Below are positions 9,174 to 18,122 of a DNA stretch of 64,000 bases, in pieces (the stretch's first letter is position 1; each line of letters opens with the position of its first letter). A model generated the notes under the pieces. It was given only the letters and a program-made list of their open reading frames with translations. It ran no database searches and was not told where the DNA came from. A program made the position numbers and the translations under genes. Source of the stretch: a virus. Lineage: Duplodnaviria; Heunggongvirae; Uroviricota; Caudoviricetes. Location: the IMG/VR virus record IMGVR_UViG_3300012933_000236, positions 1 through 64,000 of that record. One strand, 5' to 3'.

Positions 9174-9830
9174 TTACCAACCCTCCATAGGATACTCAAG
9201 ATAAACTTGAACTTGACTACGAATTTCGTTAGTTATATTCTTCACACGATCAGTTTTACGACTAATCCTCGCAAACCAACGCCAACCGTTCTTTGCTGCT
9301 TTTACACCTTGATGAAATGTACGATCATCAAACTGATATAGAAAACCACTTGTTGCTTTGTACAAAGAAAGGTTATGTTCTCTTACAGCTTGTTCTACTT
9401 GAGGATGCCAAACTTTATAGATATTGTTCTCTGGAATGTCTAATTCAATAAAACCCAAAGCGAATTCTGTAGGTGCAACTTCTGCATTCACTAAACCCAT
9501 CAAATGCTCTGAGCGATACTCAGGGTTTATATAATTGGGTTGACCATTCGGTGTACTACGTGGTACATCGTCATGATGCCAACCGGGAATACAGGGATAC
9601 CAACCTTTCATGAGCATGTGACTGCGTGTATCAATTACTGCATCTGCGGTCCAATCTTCTGGTAAAGAATCCATGAATGCTTGAGTAATAGGACCAGAGT
9701 GATCATATGCAAAATCTAAACTGCAATTAAAGAACATTGGTTCATTTTTAATTTCTTCATCTGTGAAAACACTATTGAAGCCAGCACCACGTAACTGAAT
9801 ACTTGATTCAATATTAACGTACTTTGTCAT
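9174..9830 (-). CDS. hypothetical protein, possible 2OG-Fe(II) oxygenase-like
   Basis: 218 aa. WHHDD (HxD), a distal FHQG histidine and RWFARIS (RxS-like) have the spacing of 2OG oxygenases. Weak. Confidence 0.35.
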   Translation of the reverse strand: MTKYVNIESSIQLRGAGFNSVFTDEEIKNEPMFFNCSLDFAYDHSGPITQAFMDSLPEDWTADAVIDTRSHMLMKGWYPCIPGWHHDDVPRSTPNGQPNYINPEYRSEHLMGLVNAEVAPTEFALGFIELDIPENNIYKVWHPQVEQAVREHNLSLYKATSGFLYQFDDRTFHQGVKAAKNGWRWFARISRKTDRVKNITNEIRSQVQVYLEYPMEGW

Positions 9831-9884
9831 TTCTATCCTTTCAAATCTCCAAACAATAAAAGGAGAGCCGAAGCTCTCCGTATG

Positions 9885-10682
9885 TTACTTAACGTTAATC
9901 ATTCCCTTGAAGTCCATTGGTACAACAATCGTATTCACACGACCTGCTGCAATGCCTTCTGCAATCTTCATTTGTGCCTGTGCTTGCATATAAGCAATTG
10001 ACTGACCAGAGTTAGAACTTAGTGCAGCCATGCGCTCAGATTCTTTCTTAGCGATATCAACTTCAGTTTGCTTAATCTTTAGTTCATTTTGAGCACGAAC
10101 ATAGTTTGTAGCAGACTGCAAAATTTCAGCGTTAGGTAGAATGTTACGCACTTGCACTACCGTCAATGATACAGAATTGTCCAGCTTTTCAGCTTTGAGT
10201 TGTTCGTGTACTGTATCACGAATTTGCTCTTCAATCTTAGCACGATTGTCTGCAATTTCAAGTGATTTATACTGACGAATAACTTTGTAACTTGCATTAT
10301 TGACCAATGTTGACATGTACGAATACATCAAGAAGATATCACCTTTTTCTTCAGCGTGAAAGCTACGACTCTTAGTTGAGTACAGTTCAGCAACTGAAGT
10401 AGGATTCAAACCGTAGACAACTGTAATATCGAAGTCTGCAAGAGCACTATTGTCTGCAGTCATTGGTGTTTTATTGTCAAGAGTAACAGAGATATCTTTT
10501 GTAGGAAATGTAAGTACAGAACCAATCATTGTCTGATTCCATGAACCGGGAGGTAGCTCAGAACCTTCGATTTGCTTTGATGCGTTGACTCGTACACCAA
10601 CTTCACCAGTTTCAATGCGAGTGCAACCTACAGATGCAAGTGCAACAACTACAGCAAGAACAACACTTTTAATAAATTTCAT
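9885..10682 (-). CDS. SPFH/band-7 (stomatin/prohibitin-like) domain lipoprotein
   Basis: Real start is MKFIKSVVLAVVVALASVGC (signal peptide plus lipobox) with RBS AGGAG. TGEVGVRV opens an SPFH-like domain, followed by a C-terminal coiled coil. The upstream part of the listed ORF is not coding. Confidence 0.6.
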   Translation of the reverse strand: MKFIKSVVLAVVVALASVGCTRIETGEVGVRVNASKQIEGSELPPGSWNQTMIGSVLTFPTKDISVTLDNKTPMTADNSALADFDITVVYGLNPTSVAELYSTKSRSFHAEEKGDIFLMYSYMSTLVNNASYKVIRQYKSLEIADNRAKIEEQIRDTVHEQLKAEKLDNSVSLTVVQVRNILPNAEILQSATNYVRAQNELKIKQTEVDIAKKESERMAALSSNSGQSIAYMQAQAQMKIAEGIAAGRVNTIVVPMDFKGMINVK

Positions 10683-10696
10683 AAATACTCCTTTGA

Positions 10697-10873
10697 TTAA
10701 AACAAAATAACAATTGCAGTCAGAATTGACAATGCAATGAACCCGAAGAACAGCAAGTATAGCACAGTTTTCACCGCTTTCCACTTTGCAGATGCATCTG
10801 ACTCTTTAAAAAAGAAAAATACTCCTGCTACAATCAGTGTTACTAATGATAGCACAAAAATTAGTTTGATCAT
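10697..10873 (-). CDS. small hydrophobic membrane protein (58 aa, two TM helices)
   Basis: MIKLIFVLSLVTLIVAGVFFFFKESDASAKWKAVKTVLYLLFFGFIALSILTAIVILF. ATGA overlap with the upstream gene; not in the ORF track (<60 aa). Confidence 0.45.
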   Translation of the reverse strand: MIKLIFVLSLVTLIVAGVFFFFKESDASAKWKAVKTVLYLLFFGFIALSILTAIVILF

Positions 10874-11817
10874 GAGTTATTATCCTTGAGTTTGGCTTCT
10901 TGCATATCCAACAGTACCAGCAACTGCGCGTCAGATCGAACACGACCGCCAATCCCTTTGGCATCGCTAATTAAGTCCAGCTTCGCATCATCTGTCAGCC
11001 CAACCCATTGCCGCTGTGCTGCGGGTGGGTCGGTGTAGAGCTTCATTCCGGCAATAGGCAGCTGCGTCCAAAGCACGAATACGCCCTCTCCAGTCCGTTT
11101 TGCTTTAACCGTTCCAACAGGCTCCTGCACAGGTGCTGGCTGATAGCTAACGTGATGCTTAATTGCATGGTCTTTTCCTTTGCCCAAATACGCACCGCAG
11201 TCAAACGCATCAGGCTCCTGCACAGGTGTTGGCTGTGCTGCGGGTGGGGTGTAAATGGCGCGAAGCCCATCGCATGTTTCGTCAACTTGAGCTTTTGACG
11301 GTGCGCGAGAAAGTACGCCAAACCCTAGATGTTCCAAGACTTCGCATATGGCAACGTATGCGGCTGCTTGTTGCGTCAGCGGTTCCTGCACAGGTGCTGG
11401 CTGTGCTGCGGGTGGGGTGCTTAACTTTTCAGAATGAATGATTCCTTTATGCAAAACACCATCCCATTCCTCTTCAGTTGCCACGGGCTGCTGCTCTAAC
11501 TGCTCATCCATCGCATACAGCTTCATGTGTTTGTCACCCTCCAGCTTCATCAAAATACCTATGGGTTCCAGCATCCCCTGCATAGGTACTGTATGTTTTG
11601 CAATCGCTGCAACAAGTTCAGCTTTATCTTCTGCACTCCAATTTGCCATTTCCGATGTAATTGGTCCTGCACTGAGAACTGGTACTGCTTTTAACTCAGC
11701 TTCCAACCGATCATTACGCGCACGTAACAAACGATTCTCTTGCTCTAGTTCATCAATGGCTTCATTATAACCAGTCTGATAACCTTCATTATAACCAACT
11801 GAATATTCTTCACTCAT
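10870..11817 (-). CDS. GC-rich hypothetical protein with N-terminal coiled coil and P/Q-rich internal repeats (PPAAQPxPVQEP, four copies)
   Basis: 315 aa. Nucleotide repeat CCTGCACAGGTGCTGGCTGTGCTGCGGGTGGGG at about 11010, 11120, 11213 and 11380. GC content is far above the flanking DNA. Confidence 0.6.
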   Translation of the reverse strand: MSEEYSVGYNEGYQTGYNEAIDELEQENRLLRARNDRLEAELKAVPVLSAGPITSEMANWSAEDKAELVAAIAKHTVPMQGMLEPIGILMKLEGDKHMKLYAMDEQLEQQPVATEEEWDGVLHKGIIHSEKLSTPPAAQPAPVQEPLTQQAAAYVAICEVLEHLGFGVLSRAPSKAQVDETCDGLRAIYTPPAAQPTPVQEPDAFDCGAYLGKGKDHAIKHHVSYQPAPVQEPVGTVKAKRTGEGVFVLWTQLPIAGMKLYTDPPAAQRQWVGLTDDAKLDLISDAKGIGGRVRSDAQLLVLLDMQEAKLKDNNS

Positions 11818-11976
11818 AGCTTCTCCATCTTAATATTCTTGAGAGTAGGACTCTTACGCATTTGCATCAGATGCCAGCTTGCACTTTTATCATCACAAGC
11901 GTAAGAACGAGATGAAATTGTACCATCGTTTTTAACTTCTTGCCATGTCAGACGAATATTTTTAATGTCTGTTTTC

Positions 11977-12357
11977 TTAAAATTCTTCACGTATTCTATC
12001 CTCTGGTTTAACTGCGGTAAATCGGTTCTTGATCATGTGCCAAGCTTCATAGTTGATTTGCATTGTAGCAGACAAATCACGAAAAGCTAAATTTTTAATC
12101 TTAATTACATCATATTTTTGACCACCAGTGTTAAGTTGCCAATGCGTACTGTTTTCTGCACAATCTAATGCTTCCTCGTGTGTATACTCAGGTACTCTTT
12201 TCATTTTACACAAAGAAAACTTTGTCTGCTTGATATAGTAATGATAATAATTCTTTTTAGTTTGCTCTTTAGCTTTCTCCAGAGATATCAAATATTCATC
12301 ACAAAGCTCAAATACAATATCTGCAGGAACTTCGGTTGTAACTTCTGCTTTACTCAT
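11977..12357 (-). CDS. hypothetical protein
   Basis: 126-aa ORF. Confidence 0.5.
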   Translation of the reverse strand: MSKAEVTTEVPADIVFELCDEYLISLEKAKEQTKKNYYHYYIKQTKFSLCKMKRVPEYTHEEALDCAENSTHWQLNTGGQKYDVIKIKNLAFRDLSATMQINYEAWHMIKNRFTAVKPEDRIREEF

Positions 12358-12602
12358 GATCCCATCCCTTCAGATGCCATTGGTTTATAGATTGTGTTGC
12401 GAGTAATGATTGTACCATCATCTAGCACCTTTTGAACAACAGATGTTTGCACATCATAGCAATTACCTAATCTTGGATGACCGATGATGTATCGCAAACC
12501 AGCTACAGGATAACGCACATCATCATTCCAGTTATAGAACTGCGGTACACCGATATAGTATACTGTAGCTTTATCATTGATTGTTGTATTCATTTCATTC
12601 AT
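12354..12602 (-). CDS. hypothetical protein (first gene of the leftward transcription unit)
   Basis: 82-aa ORF, RBS GGAGTAA. Confidence 0.5.
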   Translation of the reverse strand: MNEMNTTINDKATVYYIGVPQFYNWNDDVRYPVAGLRYIIGHPRLGNCYDVQTSVVQKVLDDGTIITRNTIYKPMASEGMGS

Positions 12603-12868
12603 TTGATTACTCCTTTACCTTGTGTTTAAACTTGTGCTTAACTGCAGTTATAACTTAAGTTATACTTAAATTGAAACTGAGTTTTTGAAACTTGAGCTTG
12701 TCAACTCTCGCTTGTCCCTCTGCTGCCCCTGACCCCTGAAGCGAATTCTACACACATCAACAACTCTTGTCAAGCCCTATCTGCAAAAATAATTTTAAAA
12801 TATTTGTTGTGTTGTGCAAAAAGTTGTGCTACAGTCAAACCTTCACTCAACAACCGAAAGGAAACAAC
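12603..12868. promoter_or_regulatory. divergent intergenic switch region between the leftward replication block and the rightward early block
   Basis: 266 nt non-coding. Minus-strand TTGACA at 12701-12706, plus-strand TGTGCTACAGT extended -10 at 12825-12835, RBS GAAAGGAAAC before the ATG at 12869. Confidence 0.45.
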
Positions 12869-13294
12869 ATGCTACTCAAAACTGAATTTCATCACATGGT
12901 CAACCATCTAGGTCTAGAAGACGGTGAACTGGCACTAGCTGAAATCGTGTGGGAGAAAGCGGAGCGAGCAATGCAAGGTAAACCTGTGCAAGAAGCTAAG
13001 TTGCTAAAGAGCGATACTTTTACTCGTAGCACTGATAAGTATGCATTGACTCAAGCTGAACTGCAATCTCTCACTGTAGGTTTAGCATATGTGCTTACAC
13101 ACGAACAAGAAGTATTGCAGAACTTGAAGCATCGAATTGATAACTGCTGGCGCAAAAGTGAACCTGACAATGCAGATACAGAAGTGCATTTCACACGAAT
13201 GAATGAACTACGAAATCATCAGCGTAAGATCAAGAAAGATCACGCAAAGCTTTCAGTCATCCAATATAAACTCAAACGCCAACAAGGTAAATAA
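12869..13294 (+). CDS. hypothetical early protein
   Basis: Start moved to MLLKTEFHH after a GGAAAC RBS; 141 aa. Confidence 0.5.
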   Translation: MLLKTEFHHMVNHLGLEDGELALAEIVWEKAERAMQGKPVQEAKLLKSDTFTRSTDKYALTQAELQSLTVGLAYVLTHEQEVLQNLKHRIDNCWRKSEPDNADTEVHFTRMNELRNHQRKIKKDHAKLSVIQYKLKRQQGK

Positions 13295-13638
13295 TGACAC
13301 GTAAACGCTATGAAATCATCGCTACAGCCTTCGATAAGAAAGGTAAGGTGCTAGGTACAGGAGTTAATGATTACAACCGCAGTCATCCACTTATGAAGCA
13401 TTTTGCTGTGCAAGCTGGAGAGTCAGAGCAAAAAGATAAAGTCCACGCTGAACTATCTGCTGTACTGGCATCTGGTCGTAAAAATATTCATAGCGTTTTC
13501 GTTCAGCGGTTTCACAACGATGGTTCAATGGCTACTGCTAAACCATGCATGACTTGCCAAGCTATGCTCAAAGGCTTTGGTGTTAAACTTGTTCGTTATA
13601 CATCTGAAGAAGGAATTAAAGAATATGAAGTTTTATAA
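13294..13638 (+). CDS. small cytidine/dCMP-deaminase-fold (CDA) zinc-dependent deaminase, TadA-like motifs
   Basis: 114 aa. VHAELSAV (H[AC]E) and PCMTCQAM (PCxxC) are separated by about 30 aa. Confidence 0.6.
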   Translation: MTRKRYEIIATAFDKKGKVLGTGVNDYNRSHPLMKHFAVQAGESEQKDKVHAELSAVLASGRKNIHSVFVQRFHNDGSMATAKPCMTCQAMLKGFGVKLVRYTSEEGIKEYEVL

Positions 13639-13882
13639 TCCGTTTAAACCGCACATCGTGCAGCTTTCTAATGGTAAATATGCTGTGCGTAGATGGTCTT
13701 TGCTTGCATGGGAATACAAAGAAAGTTGGACACTTCCGGGTACTGATTATTATTGGTGGAATTCTATGGAACATGTTCAGAAATGGTGTACAGTTAAATC
13801 TCTTGAAGAAGCTAAAGCATTATGTGGTGAGTCCAAATCTAAACTTAAACCTATGAAAGTGGTAAAGGTAATTCATGGCTAA
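13625..13882 (+). CDS. hypothetical protein
   Basis: Likely start MKFYNPFKP, overlapping the upstream gene end. Confidence 0.45.
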   Translation: MKFYNPFKPHIVQLSNGKYAVRRWSLLAWEYKESWTLPGTDYYWWNSMEHVQKWCTVKSLEEAKALCGESKSKLKPMKVVKVIHG

Positions 13883-14387
13883 TCAAAAAGACCTTGATGC
13901 AACATACATGGGTACTGCCATATTGCACAGCAAGTTATCTAAGGCCATTAGAGCACAGGTAGGAGCGATTCTAGTGACTAGGCAAGGTGTCACCCTCACT
14001 GGTTACAATGGGACTGCTGTAGATCGTCCTAATGAATGCGAAGATCGTATTTATCCAAATGAATACGCTGGTGATTTTCAACAACACTATGATGAATTTG
14101 ATGCTGCATTTCCATTTGTGGATTCTCGTGGGTATTACTGTAAGTTAGTTACAAAACCAGAAGTGATTCATGCAGAACTTAACTGCATTATGAAAGCTGC
14201 TCGTGAAGGTGTAAGTTGCGTAGATGCTACTGTTTATGTTACACTAGCACCTTGTGTACAGTGCGCTGCTATGATGCTACAAGCTGGTGTCAAGCGCGTG
14301 GTATATCTGCAACAGTACAGAGATGATTCTGGTGTAAAGCTGCTGCAGGAATCAAATGTAGTGGTACAATTGTACGATCAACTTTAA
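13875..14387 (+). CDS. dCMP deaminase (deoxycytidylate deaminase)
   Basis: 170 aa. VIHAELNCI and LAPCVQCAAMMLQAGVKRVVY match the ComEB/T4 Cd pattern. Confidence 0.85.
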   Translation: MANQKDLDATYMGTAILHSKLSKAIRAQVGAILVTRQGVTLTGYNGTAVDRPNECEDRIYPNEYAGDFQQHYDEFDAAFPFVDSRGYYCKLVTKPEVIHAELNCIMKAAREGVSCVDATVYVTLAPCVQCAAMMLQAGVKRVVYLQQYRDDSGVKLLQESNVVVQLYDQL

Positions 14388-14398
14388 GGAGAACTAAC

Positions 14399-14683
14399 AT
14401 GGCATTGAAAGATCAAAAAGACGTATTGATTGCTTGGATTAACGGTGAAGATATTCAACTTAAAATTGGGGATACATGGCACAACTGTAGTAAGTTTGCT
14501 GAATGTAATTCAATTGGTATTTCTGATGGTCAATACCGCATCAAACCAAAAGAAATTGTGACTACCACGTATATTAAATTTGAATTTGATATTCACCCAA
14601 CTTATACTTGTGTTCATCCTCACAATCTTCGTCTAACATGGTCGCCAGATGGTGAAACACTATTGAAAGCAGAGGTTATCTAA
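14399..14683 (+). CDS. hypothetical protein
   Basis: 94-aa ORF, RBS AAGGAG. Confidence 0.5.
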   Translation: MALKDQKDVLIAWINGEDIQLKIGDTWHNCSKFAECNSIGISDGQYRIKPKEIVTTTYIKFEFDIHPTYTCVHPHNLRLTWSPDGETLLKAEVI

Positions 14684-14967
14684 TGAAAACATATAACGCA
14701 GCAGTAGTTGTAGAATCAGAGGTAACGATTCGCATTAACCCTAACGTAAATACGAATACACTGATCGAAGAGTTCAGCGAATGCATGTACGGCGCAGACA
14801 CTATTGGTGATCTTATACAGTATGCTTGTATGTGTATTGCAAGACATGAGCCTACGTTTCTTGAAGGTATTGGTCGTATAGAATACGATTACGGTCAAGG
14901 ATGGGGAGATGATGTTGTAATGCTTTACACTATTAGCACTGATGTATCAACAGAGATTGTAGACTAA
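14683..14967 (+). CDS. hypothetical protein
   Basis: 94-aa ORF, ATGA coupling. Confidence 0.5.
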   Translation: MKTYNAAVVVESEVTIRINPNVNTNTLIEEFSECMYGADTIGDLIQYACMCIARHEPTFLEGIGRIEYDYGQGWGDDVVMLYTISTDVSTEIVD

Positions 14968-15176
14968 TGCTGCGCTGGTCAGGTACAATCTTCTACATGA
15001 TCGGTATGCTGCTGACTGCACTAAATATTTTTCCTTTGAATCTAATATTTGGTGCAATCGGTGGTACACTCTGGTGCATCGTAGGCTTTAACTACAAAGA
15101 CAAAGCCTTGATTTTAGTGGAGGCTGCATCTGCAGCTATCTATTTGTTTGGACTTTTACATTGGTGGATAAAATGA
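14967..15176 (+). CDS. small membrane protein
   Basis: 69 aa, two hydrophobic helices. Confidence 0.45.
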   Translation: MLRWSGTIFYMIGMLLTALNIFPLNLIFGAIGGTLWCIVGFNYKDKALILVEAASAAIYLFGLLHWWIK

Positions 15177-15376
15177 ATGAAAACATTGACAGGCTTGCCA
15201 TTGAGTGCTATCAGGCTCCTGAATTTGACTACAAAAAGTTTGCACAATTAATCATCAAAGAATATGAACAATTTCTTCCAGAGTATTGTCCTTGGTCTAA
15301 TGCAGATGAAAGTGGTCCAATGAAAGGTTGGCATGCTGCATTTGTTGCACGTAAACATTTTGGAGTTGAAGAATGA
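15161..15376 (+). CDS. hypothetical protein
   Basis: 71-aa ORF. Confidence 0.45.
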   Translation: MVDKMNENIDRLAIECYQAPEFDYKKFAQLIIKEYEQFLPEYCPWSNADESGPMKGWHAAFVARKHFGVEE

Positions 15377-15549
15377 CAGTAGCAGAGTTGATTAAACAAT
15401 TAAAGAAACTACCGCAGAATATCTCGGTAAGCGTTAATGACGAATCTAACGGCATTTTTCACGAGGTTGTTGAAGCAGTATTCGACATGCCCGAATCTGC
15501 CGATGGTTTTGACAAGGCTTGTGTAATCTTAGTAGTAAATGGAGTATGA
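15373..15549 (+). CDS. small hypothetical protein (58 aa)
   Basis: ATGA overlap; MTVAELIKQLKKLPQNISVSVNDESNG...; below the ORF-track cutoff. Confidence 0.35.
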   Translation: MTVAELIKQLKKLPQNISVSVNDESNGIFHEVVEAVFDMPESADGFDKACVILVVNGV

Positions 15550-15550
15550 A

Positions 15551-15727
15551 ATGACAGCAATTGAAGCATTACACATCGTTCTTGAACGAGCGCAGTATCT
15601 ACGTAGTGAAGGTGAATCAGACATGCGAAGTATCATTTACTTAGCTAGTGCTTTAATCCGAGATATTGAAGCTGGTAAATCAACTGAAGAAATTATGCAA
15701 GATTTTAATGAAGATGAAGATGAATAA
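15551..15727 (+). CDS. small acidic hypothetical protein
   Basis: MTAIEALHIVLERAQYL..., RBS GGAG. Confidence 0.4.
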   Translation: MTAIEALHIVLERAQYLRSEGESDMRSIIYLASALIRDIEAGKSTEEIMQDFNEDEDE

Positions 15728-15944
15728 TTGTCGTGCATACCCAACACAAAATTTCGAATACGATGGTCAGGGTAATGTTCTTCATTGGCAACATGAAGGT
15801 ATGAGTTTGCTTGATCATTTTGCAGGTCTAGCAATGCAAGCTTGTCTCGCACGAGGTGATGATAGTAATCGTCCCGGTATTGCTGAATGGTCTTATACAA
15901 TGGCAGAAGCTATGTTAAAAGAAAGAGCTAAGTATGAACGATAA
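15720..15944 (+). CDS. hypothetical protein
   Basis: Start moved to MNNCRAYPTQ; 74 aa. Confidence 0.4.
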   Translation: MNNCRAYPTQNFEYDGQGNVLHWQHEGMSLLDHFAGLAMQACLARGDDSNRPGIAEWSYTMAEAMLKERAKYER

Positions 15945-16051
15945 GATTGAAGAACTTATTACACAACCAATGGAAATTAAGTTGATGTTATCTGAAATAC
16001 TAAATGAATTAAAGTTAATTAATACATACCTAAACCAAATATTGGAAATAA

Positions 16052-16453
16052 ATGAATAAACCTACTTTATACTTAATCCGTGGAGTTCCCGGCGCAGGTA
16101 AATCAACCTTTGCTTGGCAACTATTTAAAAATCATTTAGTACAACGCATGTATGAAGCTGATGACTATTTTACAAATGCAGGTGAATATCAGTTTGACCC
16201 TACTCAACTTGAGCAAGCGCATCGGCAATGCAAACGCAATACATGGCTGGCGCTGTATGAAGGTATGTCAGTTGCTGTATCAAATACATCTTGTGCTGAG
16301 TGGGAAGTTGAAACTTATGCTACAATTGCACGAGAGACTGAAGCTAACTTTGTGAGTATCATTGTTGAGAACAGGCACGAAGGTAAAAATATTCACGGTT
16401 GCCCTGATGCTAAAGTCGAACAAATGAAACGAAAGTTTAGTGTAAAATTATAA
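16052..16453 (+). CDS. P-loop kinase (AAA_33/zeta-toxin-like fold; candidate polynucleotide or nucleotide kinase)
   Basis: 133 aa with N-terminal LIRGVPGAGKSTFA Walker A. Confidence 0.6.
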   Translation: MNKPTLYLIRGVPGAGKSTFAWQLFKNHLVQRMYEADDYFTNAGEYQFDPTQLEQAHRQCKRNTWLALYEGMSVAVSNTSCAEWEVETYATIARETEANFVSIIVENRHEGKNIHGCPDAKVEQMKRKFSVKL

Positions 16454-16462
16454 AGGAATGAT

Positions 16463-16747
16463 GTGATTGAATTAATTATTTATATGGCTGGTGTGATTAT
16501 CATGATGATTGCGTTCGCTATTCGCACTTCAAATACAGATATTACATCTGCTGTTATCCTTTCTATTTTTTGGCCATTGTCCATTTTAACCATGATAATC
16601 ATTAAGAGTTTATGGACTATTAATTGGGATATTCATGTTGTTGGAGTTAATGAATACTTCGGTTATCGTAAACCAAATAATTCTGAAGTAAAAGGTTTTG
16701 CAGTTACAATATTTAAACTTGAATTTCAATTTTGGAAAAGGAATTAA
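16463..16747 (+). CDS. small membrane protein
   Basis: 94 aa, two TM segments. Confidence 0.45.
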   Translation: MIELIIYMAGVIIMMIAFAIRTSNTDITSAVILSIFWPLSILTMIIIKSLWTINWDIHVVGVNEYFGYRKPNNSEVKGFAVTIFKLEFQFWKRN

Positions 16748-16749
16748 AG

Positions 16750-17625
16750 ATGCTATTAACATATGATGAACAGATGAATTTAGTTAATCGTGGATTAGCT
16801 ACATTTAGAAACGATGGTAAATATACTACGTTTAAATACGCTCGTAAGGCAATGTATGAGTATCTTTGGAATAAAGTACCTGCATTGTGTGAATCTCGTG
16901 GTCACGTATACTGTAATAACACAAAAGAACTAGTGCAAGCTGCACCACGTAAAAGCTTTAATTATCTTGAGCGCAATTACTGGAGTGATGTACCATTGGA
17001 TACTCCAGTTGAAATGCACAAGAAAGTCAATGGTTATATGGCTTGTGCTACACTACACAATGACGAACTTCTGGTTAGTACTACAGGTACAACTACAAGC
17101 GAATACGCTCAGTGGGCCAAAGAATTAATTGTTCGTGATTACAATCTATATGACTTGGTGATTGAATCAGAGGTTACTACGTTATTCGAAGTTGTAGTAA
17201 CTCAAGACCCACACATTGTGCAAGAGCGTAAAGGTTTGCACTTGCTCGGTGTACGTGAGAAAGCTAATGGTAATTTTCATCCTATGGGTGGAAGTATGCG
17301 TTGTACTCTAGAGCAAGCACTAGAAATCGCAAAGCATGATCGTGGTGAAGGTTTTATGATGTATCTGCTTTCTGATGGTGTTTATGATTATAACAACTGC
17401 TGTAAACTAAAGACTCCATACTACGTTGGTAAAAAGAAATTGATGCGTATGACAGCAAAGAATGTTGAAATCATGTATAATAACCTACCGCACACAATCA
17501 GTACATTACCTGAGATGTGGCATGAGGTTCCTGAGCAGATTGTACAAAGCGTCCATAAAGACACATGGTTAGCTATGAACGATCAACAACGCAGGGTAAT
17601 TCTTGAAGATTTAAATGGAGTTTAA
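16750..17625 (+). CDS. putative nucleotidyltransferase of the ligase superfamily (RNA ligase-like; KxNG motif)
   Basis: Start at MLLTYDEQ after AAGGA. HKKVNGYMAC (motif I KxNG, as in tRNA ligases), TLFEVVV, GEGFMMY, and LKTPYYVGKKK (motif V KxK). Confidence 0.4.
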   Translation: MLLTYDEQMNLVNRGLATFRNDGKYTTFKYARKAMYEYLWNKVPALCESRGHVYCNNTKELVQAAPRKSFNYLERNYWSDVPLDTPVEMHKKVNGYMACATLHNDELLVSTTGTTTSEYAQWAKELIVRDYNLYDLVIESEVTTLFEVVVTQDPHIVQERKGLHLLGVREKANGNFHPMGGSMRCTLEQALEIAKHDRGEGFMMYLLSDGVYDYNNCCKLKTPYYVGKKKLMRMTAKNVEIMYNNLPHTISTLPEMWHEVPEQIVQSVHKDTWLAMNDQQRRVILEDLNGV

Positions 17626-17627
17626 TT

Positions 17628-17960
17628 ATGACTAAGAAACTTGTAAAAAATTATCTTTATGAATTAAGTTTGTATGGTACGTTTGATGGTCAAACCATTG
17701 ATGAAGTAGTTACCAACTTAAGTGCAATAAAACAAAATTATCCAGAATCTAAACTTATTTTAGATGTATCCTATGGTGGATATGATGATGGATATTCAAT
17801 TAATTTACTTGAAGAACGTCTAGAGACTGATAAAGAATACAAAGAACGCCTAGACTCTGAAGAAAAAGAAAGACAATCTAAAGCTAAAGCCAAGGCTAAA
17901 GCTGAAGAAAAAGATCGTCAAGAGTATGAACGTCTAAAGAAAAAGTTTGAAGGAGTATAA
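17628..17960 (+). CDS. hypothetical protein with KE-rich C-terminus
   Basis: 110-aa ORF. Confidence 0.5.
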   Translation: MTKKLVKNYLYELSLYGTFDGQTIDEVVTNLSAIKQNYPESKLILDVSYGGYDDGYSINLLEERLETDKEYKERLDSEEKERQSKAKAKAKAEEKDRQEYERLKKKFEGV

Positions 17961-18122
17961 TTATGCGAAAGTTCAGTGAAGTTCTAGAAGAGTATTTAGA
18001 TTTACGTGATCGTCTTAATGGTGACTATTTCGATAATCGTCCAATTTATAGCCGAGGAATTGCACGAGAGGATTTTGTGAATTTAGCTGATGAATTAGAT
18101 CAGATCGTAGCGAAAGTACAAA

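Noticed and set aside
8656-9341. Several 60-110-aa ORFs on both strands (8656..8991, 8859..9083, 8962..9156, 9096..9341)
   Set aside because: They overlap better-supported minus-strand genes that have ATGA coupling and RBSs. Their translations are Cys/Phe-rich low complexity typical of wrong-frame AT-rich DNA.
10683-10784. N-terminal 34 codons of listed ORF 9885..10784 (MESGENCAILAV...)
   Set aside because: The true start is the downstream MKFIK with an AGGAG RBS, signal peptide and lipobox. The upstream part overlaps the 58-aa membrane-protein gene in another frame.
11008-11770. Four overlapping 92-110-aa ORFs on both strands inside the GC-rich repeat gene
   Set aside because: This is an artefact of high GC (few stops). 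The 315-aa minus-strand frame is the only one with a start, an RBS and periodic repeats.
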